IMG/VR virus record: IMGVR_UViG_3300032235_000467
Reading direction: 5' to 3' (one strand)
From: a virus
Length of the DNA stretch: 64,000 nt
Part shown: positions 27,621 through 36,207 of the stretch, one piece after another
Layout of the letters: the number at the start of each line of letters is the position of its first letter
Position numbering within the stretch: position 1 is the stretch's first letter
Notes under the pieces: model-generated
Database searches by the model: none
Told to the model about the DNA's origin: nothing
The model's input: only the letters and a program-made list of their open reading frames with translations
Program-made: the position numbers and the translations under genes

Positions 27621-27623
27621 AAT

Positions 27624-28085
27624 ATGTTTACACAATTTAATTTTCAAGATTTTCCAGATACAGGATGGGTAGATTTTTCAAATGATGCTACAATAGTAGG
27701 ATGGTCATCTTTTGATACTAGAGGGAGAGTTTTAATTTACAAAATAGTAGATAACATATTGTATGTTATATACAGATTAGATGGAACTAGTAATTCTACC
27801 AGTGCTTACTTCACTATCCCAGTAAACTTAAAAAGAGAGTTTGAAAATAAACAAACTCCAGGAGTAACTGATGCAAATCCTTTTTATATGGCTTATTCTT
27901 GCAGTAGCACGAATAACGGTACTTTGAATGCAGGAACTTTATATGTATATAAAAGAACTAGTTTACAAACAGCAAAAGGTGGATTGTATTGTTTAGGAAC
28001 ATTCGGAACTACTAATGGACATAGTGCAACTTGGACAGCATCCGGAACTAAAAGATTAAGAGGACAATTTTTCTTACCAATTTAA
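27624..28085 (+). CDS. Fibre-tip-like protein, paralog 3 of 3
   Basis: IVGWSSF, GTSNSTSAYFTIP and WTASGTK motifs. Confidence 0.6.
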   Translation: MFTQFNFQDFPDTGWVDFSNDATIVGWSSFDTRGRVLIYKIVDNILYVIYRLDGTSNSTSAYFTIPVNLKREFENKQTPGVTDANPFYMAYSCSSTNNGTLNAGTLYVYKRTSLQTAKGGLYCLGTFGTTNGHSATWTASGTKRLRGQFFLPI

Positions 28086-28097
28086 AATTTTACAATT

Positions 28098-28367
28098 ATG
28101 AGAGATTATGCAACTTGGAATGTAGCAACTTGGAGAATACATGCAATTGTGGAGTGGAGAGGTTTGAATCAAAACATAATAGACGCACTAGGAACTATAG
28201 AAGACGATAAAAAAAGAACCATATCTACAAACGCTTGGCAATCTGCTGCTGAAGTAAACAGAGCTAGCGGACTTGTAATATACATACAATCTCAATTAGG
28301 GTTAACAGACGTTGAAGTAGATGACATATTTACTGAAGCTGAACAAATAACATTGTCTGATTTATAG
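28098..28367 (+). CDS. Hypothetical protein (fibre-assembly-like)
   Basis: 89 aa; W..A..V.R...V...LGLTDVEVDDIFTEA pattern is seen in fibre-adjacent phage proteins. Confidence 0.55.
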   Translation: MRDYATWNVATWRIHAIVEWRGLNQNIIDALGTIEDDKKRTISTNAWQSAAEVNRASGLVIYIQSQLGLTDVEVDDIFTEAEQITLSDL

Positions 28368-28443
28368 TTTTGTAAAAAAATATATATTATTAATATAAAA
28401 TATTATATTTGTATATATTTATTATAGAACAAAAAAACTATTT

Positions 28444-28782
28444 ATGAACTTAGTAATTATCGTATTAGTCGCTGCTGTTATAGTAGCCATGGTTATTATC
28501 TCCAACAGCTCTAAAAAAACAGCAGACGAAACTCCAGAACCTTTGGTCAATCCAAACTTTGGTTTAGATTTGGAAGACCCAGCAGCACCCGTACAAGCTC
28601 CAGAAGAATTGGTAGAAACCAAGTCTGAAGTATTTAACGAATCGTTGCATAAACTGGAAGAGCCTGTAGTTAGTATTAAAAAAGCAGTAAAAGCCCCGGC
28701 TGTAAAAAAAGAAGCTAAGCCTGTAGCAAAAACATCTGCAAAACCAGCACCTAAAAAGACAGTTGTTAAAAAAATTAAATAA
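28444..28782 (+). CDS. Membrane-anchored protein with Lys/Ala/Pro-rich tail
   Basis: Hydrophobic N-terminal helix; basic KKAVKAPAVKK tail; TATATTTG element at about 28404. Confidence 0.65.
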   Translation: MNLVIIVLVAAVIVAMVIISNSSKKTADETPEPLVNPNFGLDLEDPAAPVQAPEELVETKSEVFNESLHKLEEPVVSIKKAVKAPAVKKEAKPVAKTSAKPAPKKTVVKKIK

Positions 28783-28783
28783 T

Positions 28784-29251
28784 ATGCAAAAAGTTACGTT
28801 AAAGATCTATGAGATCTTAGCTCTAGACGTGGAGTTGAACGGATACACAGATCCTCAAAGTGGAAAATTATTAGCTGAGGGCATCCTAAGTAAAGATTTG
28901 AAACTTACTGTGAAGTACTGGTTGAGTGATCTTTCTGATAAAGTAAGTAAAGAAAAGGATAAGATCTCAAAATTAAGGGAGGATATGATTAAGAAGTTTG
29001 GTACTCAAGACGAGAAAGGAGGAGTGTTTATTCCAATGTACGTAAACCAAGTTCTTGACGAGAGCGGCAATATGGTATCAGGAGATGTAAATCCAGCATA
29101 CAATAACTTTCAAAAGGAATATCAACTTCTATTAGAAGAAACAGTAGAACTTGAATATAAAGAGTTGAAGCTGTCTGATATAGAAGGTATTGCCCTTAAA
29201 GACACTCCTAGAGTATTTTTTAAACTAATAGCAAAGCCAGAAAGTGAATAA
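28784..29251 (+). CDS. Hypothetical phage protein
   Basis: Likely start ATG 28784 (MQKVTLK), just after the upstream stop; helical and charged. Confidence 0.65.
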   Translation: MQKVTLKIYEILALDVELNGYTDPQSGKLLAEGILSKDLKLTVKYWLSDLSDKVSKEKDKISKLREDMIKKFGTQDEKGGVFIPMYVNQVLDESGNMVSGDVNPAYNNFQKEYQLLLEETVELEYKELKLSDIEGIALKDTPRVFFKLIAKPESE

Positions 29252-29477
29252 ACTACTAGAAATAGCATCAGCTTGGATAACTGCTGCAAACCCTAGTGAA
29301 GAAGACAAAGAAAAAGCTGAGAAAAGAATAGCCACTTGTAATGGGTGCGAAGAAAACAAACTCAGCGAAATATTGGAATATCACTACTGCGGCAAGTGTG
29401 GATGTCCACTTAAAAAGAAAATTTTTTCTCCTTTACCTGGAAGCGAGGCGTGTCCTTTAGGTAAATGGGAGATATAA
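29244..29477 (+). CDS. Small Cys-rich putative metal-binding protein
   Basis: CxxC...CxxCGC...CPLGKW. Confidence 0.65.
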   Translation: MNKLLEIASAWITAANPSEEDKEKAEKRIATCNGCEENKLSEILEYHYCGKCGCPLKKKIFSPLPGSEACPLGKWEI

Positions 29478-29487
29478 AACCAAAGTT

Positions 29488-29760
29488 ATGGCAGAAACAA
29501 AAATGCTTAATGCACAGGAGATCAATAGTCTTAAAGATCTCAATAAAAAGTTTGGAAATACTCTAAACTCTTTAGGAGATATAGAAATTAAACTAAACCT
29601 TCTAAAACAAAAAGAAACAGAATTACTTAAAGACAAGGAAGGTCATCTATCAGATTATAATACTTTAAGAATTAAGGAGACAGAAATAACCACCCAGCTG
29701 CTAGAAAAGTACGGAGAAGGTAAAATAGATATAGAATCCGGAAAAATAGAACTATTATAG
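29488..29760 (+). CDS. Coiled-coil hypothetical protein
   Basis: 90 aa; heptad-like, ending LEKYGEGKIDIESG. Confidence 0.65.
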   Translation: MAETKMLNAQEINSLKDLNKKFGNTLNSLGDIEIKLNLLKQKETELLKDKEGHLSDYNTLRIKETEITTQLLEKYGEGKIDIESGKIELL

Positions 29761-29840
29761 AATAACTTTTGTCATTTTTGCTGGAAAATATTGATATTTA
29801 TTAACGTATCATCAATAATATTTTTCAAATTTTATAGAAA

Positions 29841-32087
29841 ATGACAGAACAAATTCTTTCTGCTGGAGTTTACTCCTACGAAAATGACCAGAGTTATTAT
29901 ACTCAAGGCACGGATGAGACGGGTTTAGCCCTTGTAGGACCTACTGAAAAGGGTTCTGCGTTCGTTCCTACAGACGTATCTAGCTACAGTCAATACACAG
30001 CTCTATTTGGAGAAGATCCTAATGTGTCTTATCTCCCACAAACTGCTTTCAACTACTTGCAAGCAGGAAATACCGTTAAAGTAACTCGTGTACTTGGTAA
30101 CGGTGGATTTTCATACAACTCTTCTAGGCCACTGGTAGCCATCACAAGTGGATCTTATATCCTTTCGGTATTGTATCCTACAAAAAATGATACACCTACT
30201 GTAGGTATTTCTGGTTCTATCACTGGAACTTTTAGTGCTTTCGGTGCTAAATTTCATGGATTTGGTGCTACAGGGGTAATAGGAACTGCATCTTTCAGTG
30301 CATCTTTAAATCCAACCTCTGCTACGTACATATCAAAAGTAATAGGATCAGACGAAAACTATGCAACTGGTTCAATATTCCCATATTTACTTTTTAGTAA
30401 CTTTATCACTGGAAGTGGCGCATTAGCTTCTACAGCAGACATAGGCGCTAAATTAGAATATCTTGCAGGTAATTGTGTATTCACTAGCTCTAATTCTAGC
30501 GGATATGATCATGCAATAACTCCTTGGGTTAATTCTGATAGCGGTGTTCCTTTGTTTAGGTTCCACCACAGGTCTGATGGTTTCAAAACTAACAGAGATG
30601 TTAAAGTATGTATATCTAACATCTCAGCCGGTGTTACCTCAACTGATTACTCTACATTTAGTGTTATAGTTCGTGCTTGGAATGATACAGACAGAGCTCC
30701 TTCTATCATAGAACAATACAATAATGTTTCATTAAACCCAGATGCTGCTAACTATATTGCAAAAGCAATAGGTGACAAGTATCAGGAATTTAATGAGACT
30801 TCTTTAAATGTATTAGAATACGGTGATTTTGCTAACGTGTCTAACTACATTCGTGTAGAAGTAGCAGGTGGAGTAGCTGGAAAAGCAACACATCCTCAGT
30901 TGTATCCAAATGGACACGCTGCATTGGTTGAGACTATAGCAGGATTTACTAGTAGAAACTTACCAGCAGCTCAAATGGTTCAAAGTACAGCTGCTAGCGC
31001 TACATATTCTGGGTTTAATTATGCAAATTCTGATAACTACAATTACTTAAATCCAATACCAACTGGTGCTGGTAACGGTCTCAATGTAGCATTTACTAAG
31101 CCAGTAGGAGATAACAAGTTTGTTCTTCCTTTCCAAGGCGGTACAGACGGTATAAACTACACAGTAATTAAAAAGTCAGGTGCTAATATTACAGCAGATA
31201 ACTTGTTCGGATATGATTTGACTAATAGCACAGCTCCTGGATCTGTTGCTTACATCAAAGCTTTGAATATCTTAGCTAATAAAGAACTATACAACTTTGA
31301 TCTCATAGTATTGCCAGGGGTTATTCAAGAATTACATGCAGGAGTAACAGCTGTAGCCCAAAGCACAGCAGAAGAGCGTACAGACTGTGTATATCTCCGT
31401 GACCTGACTACCCTCAACGCCTCTGTAGTAACAGCTATAAGCACAGCAGCTGGTCTTGATTCCAGCTATAGCGCTGCTTACTATCCTTGGATTAAAGTTC
31501 GCAGTGTAGGTAGCTCTAAAGATATCTACGTTCCACCAACAGTATTGGTTCCACAAGCATATGCCTACAATGATAAGGTAGCTGCTGAATGGTTCGCTCC
31601 TGCAGGTTTGAATCGTGGTGGTCTTGGTGGTGCAATCGACACTCGTATCCGTCTTACTAAGGCTGATAGAGACGCTCTATACAATGGTAGGGTTAACCCA
31701 ATCGCTAAATTCCAGAACACTGGAGTAGTAATCTGGGGTCAGAAGACTCTTCAAGTTAGAGATACAGCCCTTAACCGTATCAATGTACGTAGGTTGTTAA
31801 TCAATCTCCGTGAATACATCAGTGGTGTAGCTCTCAACTACGTGTTCGAGAACAACACTGCAGCTACTAGGAACAGATTGATCTCTGCTATCACCCCATA
31901 CATGGAGAATGTACAGTCTCGTCAAGGTCTGTATGCCTTCAGAATTGATATCAGCGACTCATTGAACACTAACGATGTAATCGATCGTAACCAGCTTGTA
32001 GGTAAGATCTACGTATCTCCTGTCAAGTCTATCGAATTCATCTTGTTGGAATTCAACATCACAGGTACTGGAGTAAGTTTTGAATAA
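29841..32087 (+). CDS. Contractile tail sheath protein
   Basis: SAGVYSYEND start, VGPTEKG, YYPW, WFAPAGLNRG, VIWGQKTLQ, RINVRRL, FENN, PVKSIEFI: sheath C-terminal signatures. Confidence 0.95.
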   Translation: MTEQILSAGVYSYENDQSYYTQGTDETGLALVGPTEKGSAFVPTDVSSYSQYTALFGEDPNVSYLPQTAFNYLQAGNTVKVTRVLGNGGFSYNSSRPLVAITSGSYILSVLYPTKNDTPTVGISGSITGTFSAFGAKFHGFGATGVIGTASFSASLNPTSATYISKVIGSDENYATGSIFPYLLFSNFITGSGALASTADIGAKLEYLAGNCVFTSSNSSGYDHAITPWVNSDSGVPLFRFHHRSDGFKTNRDVKVCISNISAGVTSTDYSTFSVIVRAWNDTDRAPSIIEQYNNVSLNPDAANYIAKAIGDKYQEFNETSLNVLEYGDFANVSNYIRVEVAGGVAGKATHPQLYPNGHAALVETIAGFTSRNLPAAQMVQSTAASATYSGFNYANSDNYNYLNPIPTGAGNGLNVAFTKPVGDNKFVLPFQGGTDGINYTVIKKSGANITADNLFGYDLTNSTAPGSVAYIKALNILANKELYNFDLIVLPGVIQELHAGVTAVAQSTAEERTDCVYLRDLTTLNASVVTAISTAAGLDSSYSAAYYPWIKVRSVGSSKDIYVPPTVLVPQAYAYNDKVAAEWFAPAGLNRGGLGGAIDTRIRLTKADRDALYNGRVNPIAKFQNTGVVIWGQKTLQVRDTALNRINVRRLLINLREYISGVALNYVFENNTAATRNRLISAITPYMENVQSRQGLYAFRIDISDSLNTNDVIDRNQLVGKIYVSPVKSIEFILLEFNITGTGVSFE

Positions 32088-32120
32088 TCAAATATTTATA
32101 ATAGAATAAAATAACATAAA

Positions 32121-32609
32121 ATGGCATTACTTAGTACAGATGAGATGTTGGGTACCTTGTTCGAGCCCATGCTGCAACACAGGTTTATCATGTATATCGA
32201 TGGTATCCCTTCATACTTGATCAAAAAAGTAGGCGGTATAGGATACGATGACGGTGAGGTAATCATAGATCATATCAATAGCTACGTTAAATTCCGTGCA
32301 AAGCGCAGGTGGAATGACGTTACCCTTAGCCTTTATAACCCAGTAACTCCTTCAGGTGCGCAAGCAGTAATGGAGTGGGCTCGTCTCGGATATGAGACAG
32401 TAACTGGTAGGGCTGGATACGGTGACTTCTACTGGAAGGATATCACTTTCAATGCGATAGATCCTGTAGGTAACGTAGTTAATGAGTGGGTGATTAAGAA
32501 GGCCTTTATTAAGAATGTAAGTTCTTTTGGAGACTGGGATTGGTCAGCTGATGCTTACACTACAATTGAAATGACACTAGGAAATTCAGGGATGATCTTG
32601 AACTTCTAG
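32121..32609 (+). CDS. Tail tube protein (T4 gp19-like)
   Basis: Follows sheath; FEP..QHRFIMYIDGIP, W.DVTLSLY.P, AVMEW, DPVG.VV.EW motifs. Confidence 0.9.
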   Translation: MALLSTDEMLGTLFEPMLQHRFIMYIDGIPSYLIKKVGGIGYDDGEVIIDHINSYVKFRAKRRWNDVTLSLYNPVTPSGAQAVMEWARLGYETVTGRAGYGDFYWKDITFNAIDPVGNVVNEWVIKKAFIKNVSSFGDWDWSADAYTTIEMTLGNSGMILNF

Positions 32610-32626
32610 ATCTATAAACTATCAAG

Positions 32627-32662
32627 AAAGCCCGTATCATAGCAATATGACGGGCTTTTTTT
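32627..32662 (+). terminator. Rho-independent terminator
   Basis: AAAGCCCG(TA)TCATA-GCAA-TATGACGGGCTTT stem with GNRA loop and T7 tail after the tube gene. Confidence 0.85.
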
Positions 32663-32673
32663 ATCTCTATAAT

Positions 32674-33267
32674 ATGAAAACAGCAGCCTCAAATTTTATA
32701 GAACACGTTAAATCGGAGTGCGAACATTACCACATCAAGTGTGATTTGAGGGATACCACATATGTAAAGGTATCAGATTCGATAAAAGCCTCAGGGTATT
32801 TCGATGAATCAGTTCCTACCCTAGTATGTTCTATGAAACGTAAGGATAGCATAGAGATACTGGCCCATGAGTACGGACATTTGACTCAATGGGTAGATAA
32901 CATACCTTTGTGGAAGACTGTAGAATATAGTATGCCAAAGTTAGATGCCTGGCTAGGAGGAGAAGAAGTTCCAGATATAGAAGAACATATTGCAAACTGT
33001 AGGGATTTAGAATTAGATAATGAAAAACGCACAATAAACATTATAAAGAAGTTCAAATTACCTATAGATTTAGGAAACTACAGGAAGAAAGCCAACAGCT
33101 ATGTCATGTTTTACAATTATATGCTTATTTCCAGGCGGTGGTGTACTCCGGAAAACAGTCCATACGGTAATAAACGGATTATAGAGGCTATGCCAAATAG
33201 ATTTAATATGAATTATACCAAGCTTCCTAAAAGATTAGAGAAGATATTTATAGAAGAGGGGTTCTAA
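32674..33267 (+). CDS. Putative HExxH zinc metallopeptidase
   Basis: ILAHEYGHLTQW followed by LELDNE. Start moved to ATG 32674 because 32647 lies inside the terminator. Confidence 0.65.
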   Translation: MKTAASNFIEHVKSECEHYHIKCDLRDTTYVKVSDSIKASGYFDESVPTLVCSMKRKDSIEILAHEYGHLTQWVDNIPLWKTVEYSMPKLDAWLGGEEVPDIEEHIANCRDLELDNEKRTINIIKKFKLPIDLGNYRKKANSYVMFYNYMLISRRWCTPENSPYGNKRIIEAMPNRFNMNYTKLPKRLEKIFIEEGF

Positions 33268-33301
33268 TATTTATATTTATATCGTATATTTGATATTTAT
33301 A
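33244..33301 (+). promoter_or_regulatory. Cluster of four ATATTTATA motifs plus one TATATTTG
   Basis: ATATTTATA at 33244, 33267, 33273 and 33293; TATATTTG at 33285; upstream of ATG 33321. Confidence 0.55.
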
Positions 33302-33320
33302 TACACAAATTGTATTAAAA

Positions 33321-34292
33321 ATGAAGCAAACTCAAAAGCTTGACGCACTTATTAGCAGGATAATTAAAGAGGAGTTAGATAAATCTCAAAAAGGAGTATT
33401 AGATGTAACTATTCCTAGTAAATTTGCTTTTGCATTAGCGGACCCTAGAGTTAGCGATGACCCATCATATGTATCTTTTATGAAATCGAAAGACGATGGT
33501 AAAACTTATAACCTAAAAATACAGTCAAAAACTCCTGAGTTTAAGGAGTTAAAGAGGGCCATGGGTAGAATAGATAATAGTATTAATATTGATACCCCTG
33601 AATTGGAAAAAATATACAATGCTATAATGTCAGGTATTGAAAAAGCTGATATAGAAGGAAGTGTAGATCTTATAAAACAAGGACGTAAGTCAGGATTAGA
33701 AGAAGAAGAAAAAGAATACGTAACCCCGGATGGCACCTCAGCTAGCGCTAGTGCTGATCAAATAGCGTCTGCAACAAGAGCTAAATCAGGAACTATTGTT
33801 AAGTATAGAAAAGCCGGAGTTAAACCTATGAAAGAAAACGAAGAAGAAATGCAAGAACCAGATATGGAACAAAAACCAAAAGCATCAGAAATTGCAGGGC
33901 AATTAGCTGAAATCATGGAGAAACTTAAATCCATGGCTGAAGGAGAAGATCCTAAAAAAGGAAAGCATGCTGCTAAAGTAATGAAATATATGGAGTCTGC
34001 TAAGGCTGCATTAGAAGCCCTTACAGCGCATGAAACAATGCTTGAAGAGAAAGACCAAGAACAACAAACAAAAGCGGCTGAGAAGCACAAGAAGAACATA
34101 GAGAAAATCTTCAAAAGTATTGTTAAGGATGAAAACATTGTTAATAGACTTAAAGACAAGCTAACCCCTAAAGACATTGCTGATTTGACAAAAAAGTTAA
34201 AAGACAAAGGAAAAGAGCTTGACGAAGAGAAACTTGCACGAATAGTGCTAAATCGTTCTTTGAAAGAAGGCTGGGAAGTAAAAAAAAAGTAA
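33321..34292 (+). CDS. Putative internal head protein; ends at a -1 slippery site
   Basis: Highly charged, with many (I/L/M)-x-E motifs (IIKEE, LEEE, MKENE, LDEE, LKEG). Ends A_AAA_AAG_TAA. Confidence 0.6.
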   Translation: MKQTQKLDALISRIIKEELDKSQKGVLDVTIPSKFAFALADPRVSDDPSYVSFMKSKDDGKTYNLKIQSKTPEFKELKRAMGRIDNSINIDTPELEKIYNAIMSGIEKADIEGSVDLIKQGRKSGLEEEEKEYVTPDGTSASASADQIASATRAKSGTIVKYRKAGVKPMKENEEEMQEPDMEQKPKASEIAGQLAEIMEKLKSMAEGEDPKKGKHAAKVMKYMESAKAALEALTAHETMLEEKDQEQQTKAAEKHKKNIEKIFKSIVKDENIVNRLKDKLTPKDIADLTKKLKDKGKELDEEKLARIVLNRSLKEGWEVKKK

Positions 34293-35029
34293 AAACTGAA
34301 CAGTTAGACGAAGGTCTTAAGGATGTTTTGGTAGGTGCTTTAATGAGTTTGTCATTTATGACACCTGCTAAAGCACAAAAAACAGCAAACGCCTTATCAG
34401 GTAATATCCCAGCGTCTAAAGTGCAGGCTTTGGTACAAGACATTAAATCTGCAGACAGCACAGCAGATTTATCTTCTATTATAAAGTCTTATAGCTCCGA
34501 TACAGAGGACATAAAAATTAATAAGAATATTGCTAAACCTTCAGGATACAAACCTCTAACTGTTCAACAAAGAAAAGATTGGAATAAATATCTACACTCT
34601 TTAGGAGATATGGCAGGAAGTCCTGAATTAGATAAAGGAGTACCTACTTTAGGGAAACAAAAATTAGAAGCTTATTTAAAAGCTAATCCAAGTAGTAGTT
34701 TAAATCAATTTAAAAATCAAGATGATTTAGTAAAAAGCATTCAATATGAAATGCAACTTATTAGAAGAGGGTCTGAATTTCCTGGTCTAACTCCATTTGA
34801 GCTAAAAGCCATGCAAACCTTACTATTAAAAAATAGAAAGGCATTTATGATGGTAAATAGATCAGAAACAGACGGAAATCCTGGTCAATTTACTACAGAG
34901 GAACATTATCCTGAATTTAATAATGAAACAGATTATTCAAAAGTTATGACTAATGTATATAGAACATTAGTTAAATTGTATAATATTACAAATATAGATG
35001 GCACAGACATAACTAAACTGTTCAAGTAA
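34289..35029 (+). CDS. Probable -1 frameshift extension of 33321 ORF (ORF track start 34328 is a TTG)
   Basis: Frame is open from 34223, across the slippery site; reads VKTEQLDEGLKDVLVGALMSLSFMTPAKAQ. Confidence 0.55.
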   Translation, partial: VKTEQLDEGLKDVLVGALMSLSFMTPAKAQKTANALSGNIPASKVQALVQDIKSADSTADLSSIIKSYSSDTEDIKINKNIAKPSGYKPLTVQQRKDWNKYLHSLGDMAGSPELDKGVPTLGKQKLEAYLKANPSSSLNQFKNQDDLVKSIQYEMQLIRRGSEFPGLTPFELKAMQTLLLKNRKAFMMVNRSETDGNPGQFTTEEHYPEFNNETDYSKVMTNVYRTLVKLYNITNIDGTDITKLFK

Positions 35030-35077
35030 AGATACCCATGCAAGTAAAGAGCCTGCTACCTCAGGGCGCCTCACATA

Positions 35078-35117
35078 GAAAGCCACATCTCTTAGACCAG
35101 GTGTGGTTTTTCTTTTT
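35078..35117 (+). terminator. Rho-independent terminator
   Basis: GAAAGCCACATCT-loop-AGGTGTGGTTTT stem followed by a T-rich tail. Confidence 0.75.
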
Positions 35118-35161
35118 ACAAAAACCCAAATCAATATATTTATATATACAAAATATAGTTT

Positions 35162-35926
35162 ATGTCAGATTTATTAAATGTTCCAACGCAAGCACTCGAC
35201 CTACCATCTAAAGGACTACTCTACCCAGAATCCAGTCCTCTCAGTTCAGGACAGGTTGAACTCTACCTACCCACAGCAATGCATGAAGATATCCTAACCA
35301 ATAAAAACTTCATCCAGCAAGGTACGGTAATAGACAAGTTCCTACAGGCTATTATAGCCTCAAAAATTGATTATAACGAACTCCTAGTCGGAGATAAGAA
35401 CGCTATCATGATAGGAGCTAGGATCCTTGCGTATGGCAGCAAGTACACATTTAAGTACACAGACCCCACTTCAAATCAGTCAGAAGAGGTATCTATAGAT
35501 CTTTCTGAGTTAAAAGAGAAAGAACTTGACTGGGATTCTATAAAGAAAGGACAGAATGAGTTTGATTATCAGCTTCCTATGTCAAAGCAACTGGTAACCT
35601 TTAAGGTCCTCACCCATAAAGATGAATCAGCTATTGAAGCTGAAATCAAGGGGTTGCAGAAGATAAACAAAAACATGTCTGCTGAGATTACTGTGCGTTT
35701 AGCACATTCTATCTTGGCTGTTAATGGAGACAGGGATAAGAAAGTAGTGAGAGAGTTCATTAAGGCAATGCCAATGAGAGACTCCCAAGATCTTAGAAAG
35801 CAGATCTCAGTCTCTACCCCAGACATTTTAATGAAGTTTGATTTCACCAGAAAGAATGGAGAGGTAGTGGAGGGCCTAAACATACCGATGACGGTTGACT
35901 TTTTTTGGCCTGAACTCGGCGTATAG
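35162..35926 (+). CDS. Tail assembly chaperone / baseplate hub assembly protein (T4 gp26-like)
   Basis: LPSKGLLYP, EDILT, LLVGDKNAIMIGARILAYG motifs; ends DFFWP; located between tube and tape measure. Confidence 0.75.
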   Translation: MSDLLNVPTQALDLPSKGLLYPESSPLSSGQVELYLPTAMHEDILTNKNFIQQGTVIDKFLQAIIASKIDYNELLVGDKNAIMIGARILAYGSKYTFKYTDPTSNQSEEVSIDLSELKEKELDWDSIKKGQNEFDYQLPMSKQLVTFKVLTHKDESAIEAEIKGLQKINKNMSAEITVRLAHSILAVNGDRDKKVVREFIKAMPMRDSQDLRKQISVSTPDILMKFDFTRKNGEVVEGLNIPMTVDFFWPELGV

Positions 35927-36176
35927 GAATCAACTATTTGATGAACTTCTGTGGCTATCTATGAATAGCCAAGGCGCTATAAGTTATGCAATGGCATACC
36001 ACATGCCGGTAGCATATAGACTGATTAACATAAAGAAACTGTCTGACATCATTAAAAAACATAATGATGAGATGGAGAAGGCTAATAGTAAGGGAACAAC
36101 CATGAGTATGGAAGATTTAGCCAAGAGAAAAGAACAGACCCCGGACTATAAGTCTCCGAGAGCCGCTAAAAAATAG
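35895..36176 (+). CDS. Tail chaperone extension, probably reached by +1/-2 frameshift
   Basis: Overlaps the upstream ORF at a T7 run; begins FFGL in the +1 frame; only a TTG start near the overlap; AYHMPVAYR motif. Confidence 0.6.
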   Translation: MTFFGLNSAYRNQLFDELLWLSMNSQGAISYAMAYHMPVAYRLINIKKLSDIIKKHNDEMEKANSKGTTMSMEDLAKRKEQTPDYKSPRAAKK

Positions 36177-36184
36177 CGGCTTTC
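36158..36184 (+). terminator. Hairpin/terminator overlapping stop codon
   Basis: GAGAGCCGCTA-AAAAA-TAGCGGCTTTC. Confidence 0.6.
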
Positions 36185-36207
36185 ATATTTATATATAAAG
36201 CGTATAG

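Noticed and set aside
26757-28085. Diversity-generating retroelement acting on the paralogous tip genes
   Set aside because: No reverse transcriptase in the window; differences between copies are not adenine-specific and no near-identical TR/VR pair was seen.
32647-32673. ORF-track starts at 32647 (also 4117, 16548, 28763, 52587, 53285)
   Set aside because: They fall inside a terminator or upstream gene; downstream ATGs with A-rich leaders or stop-start overlaps are more plausible.
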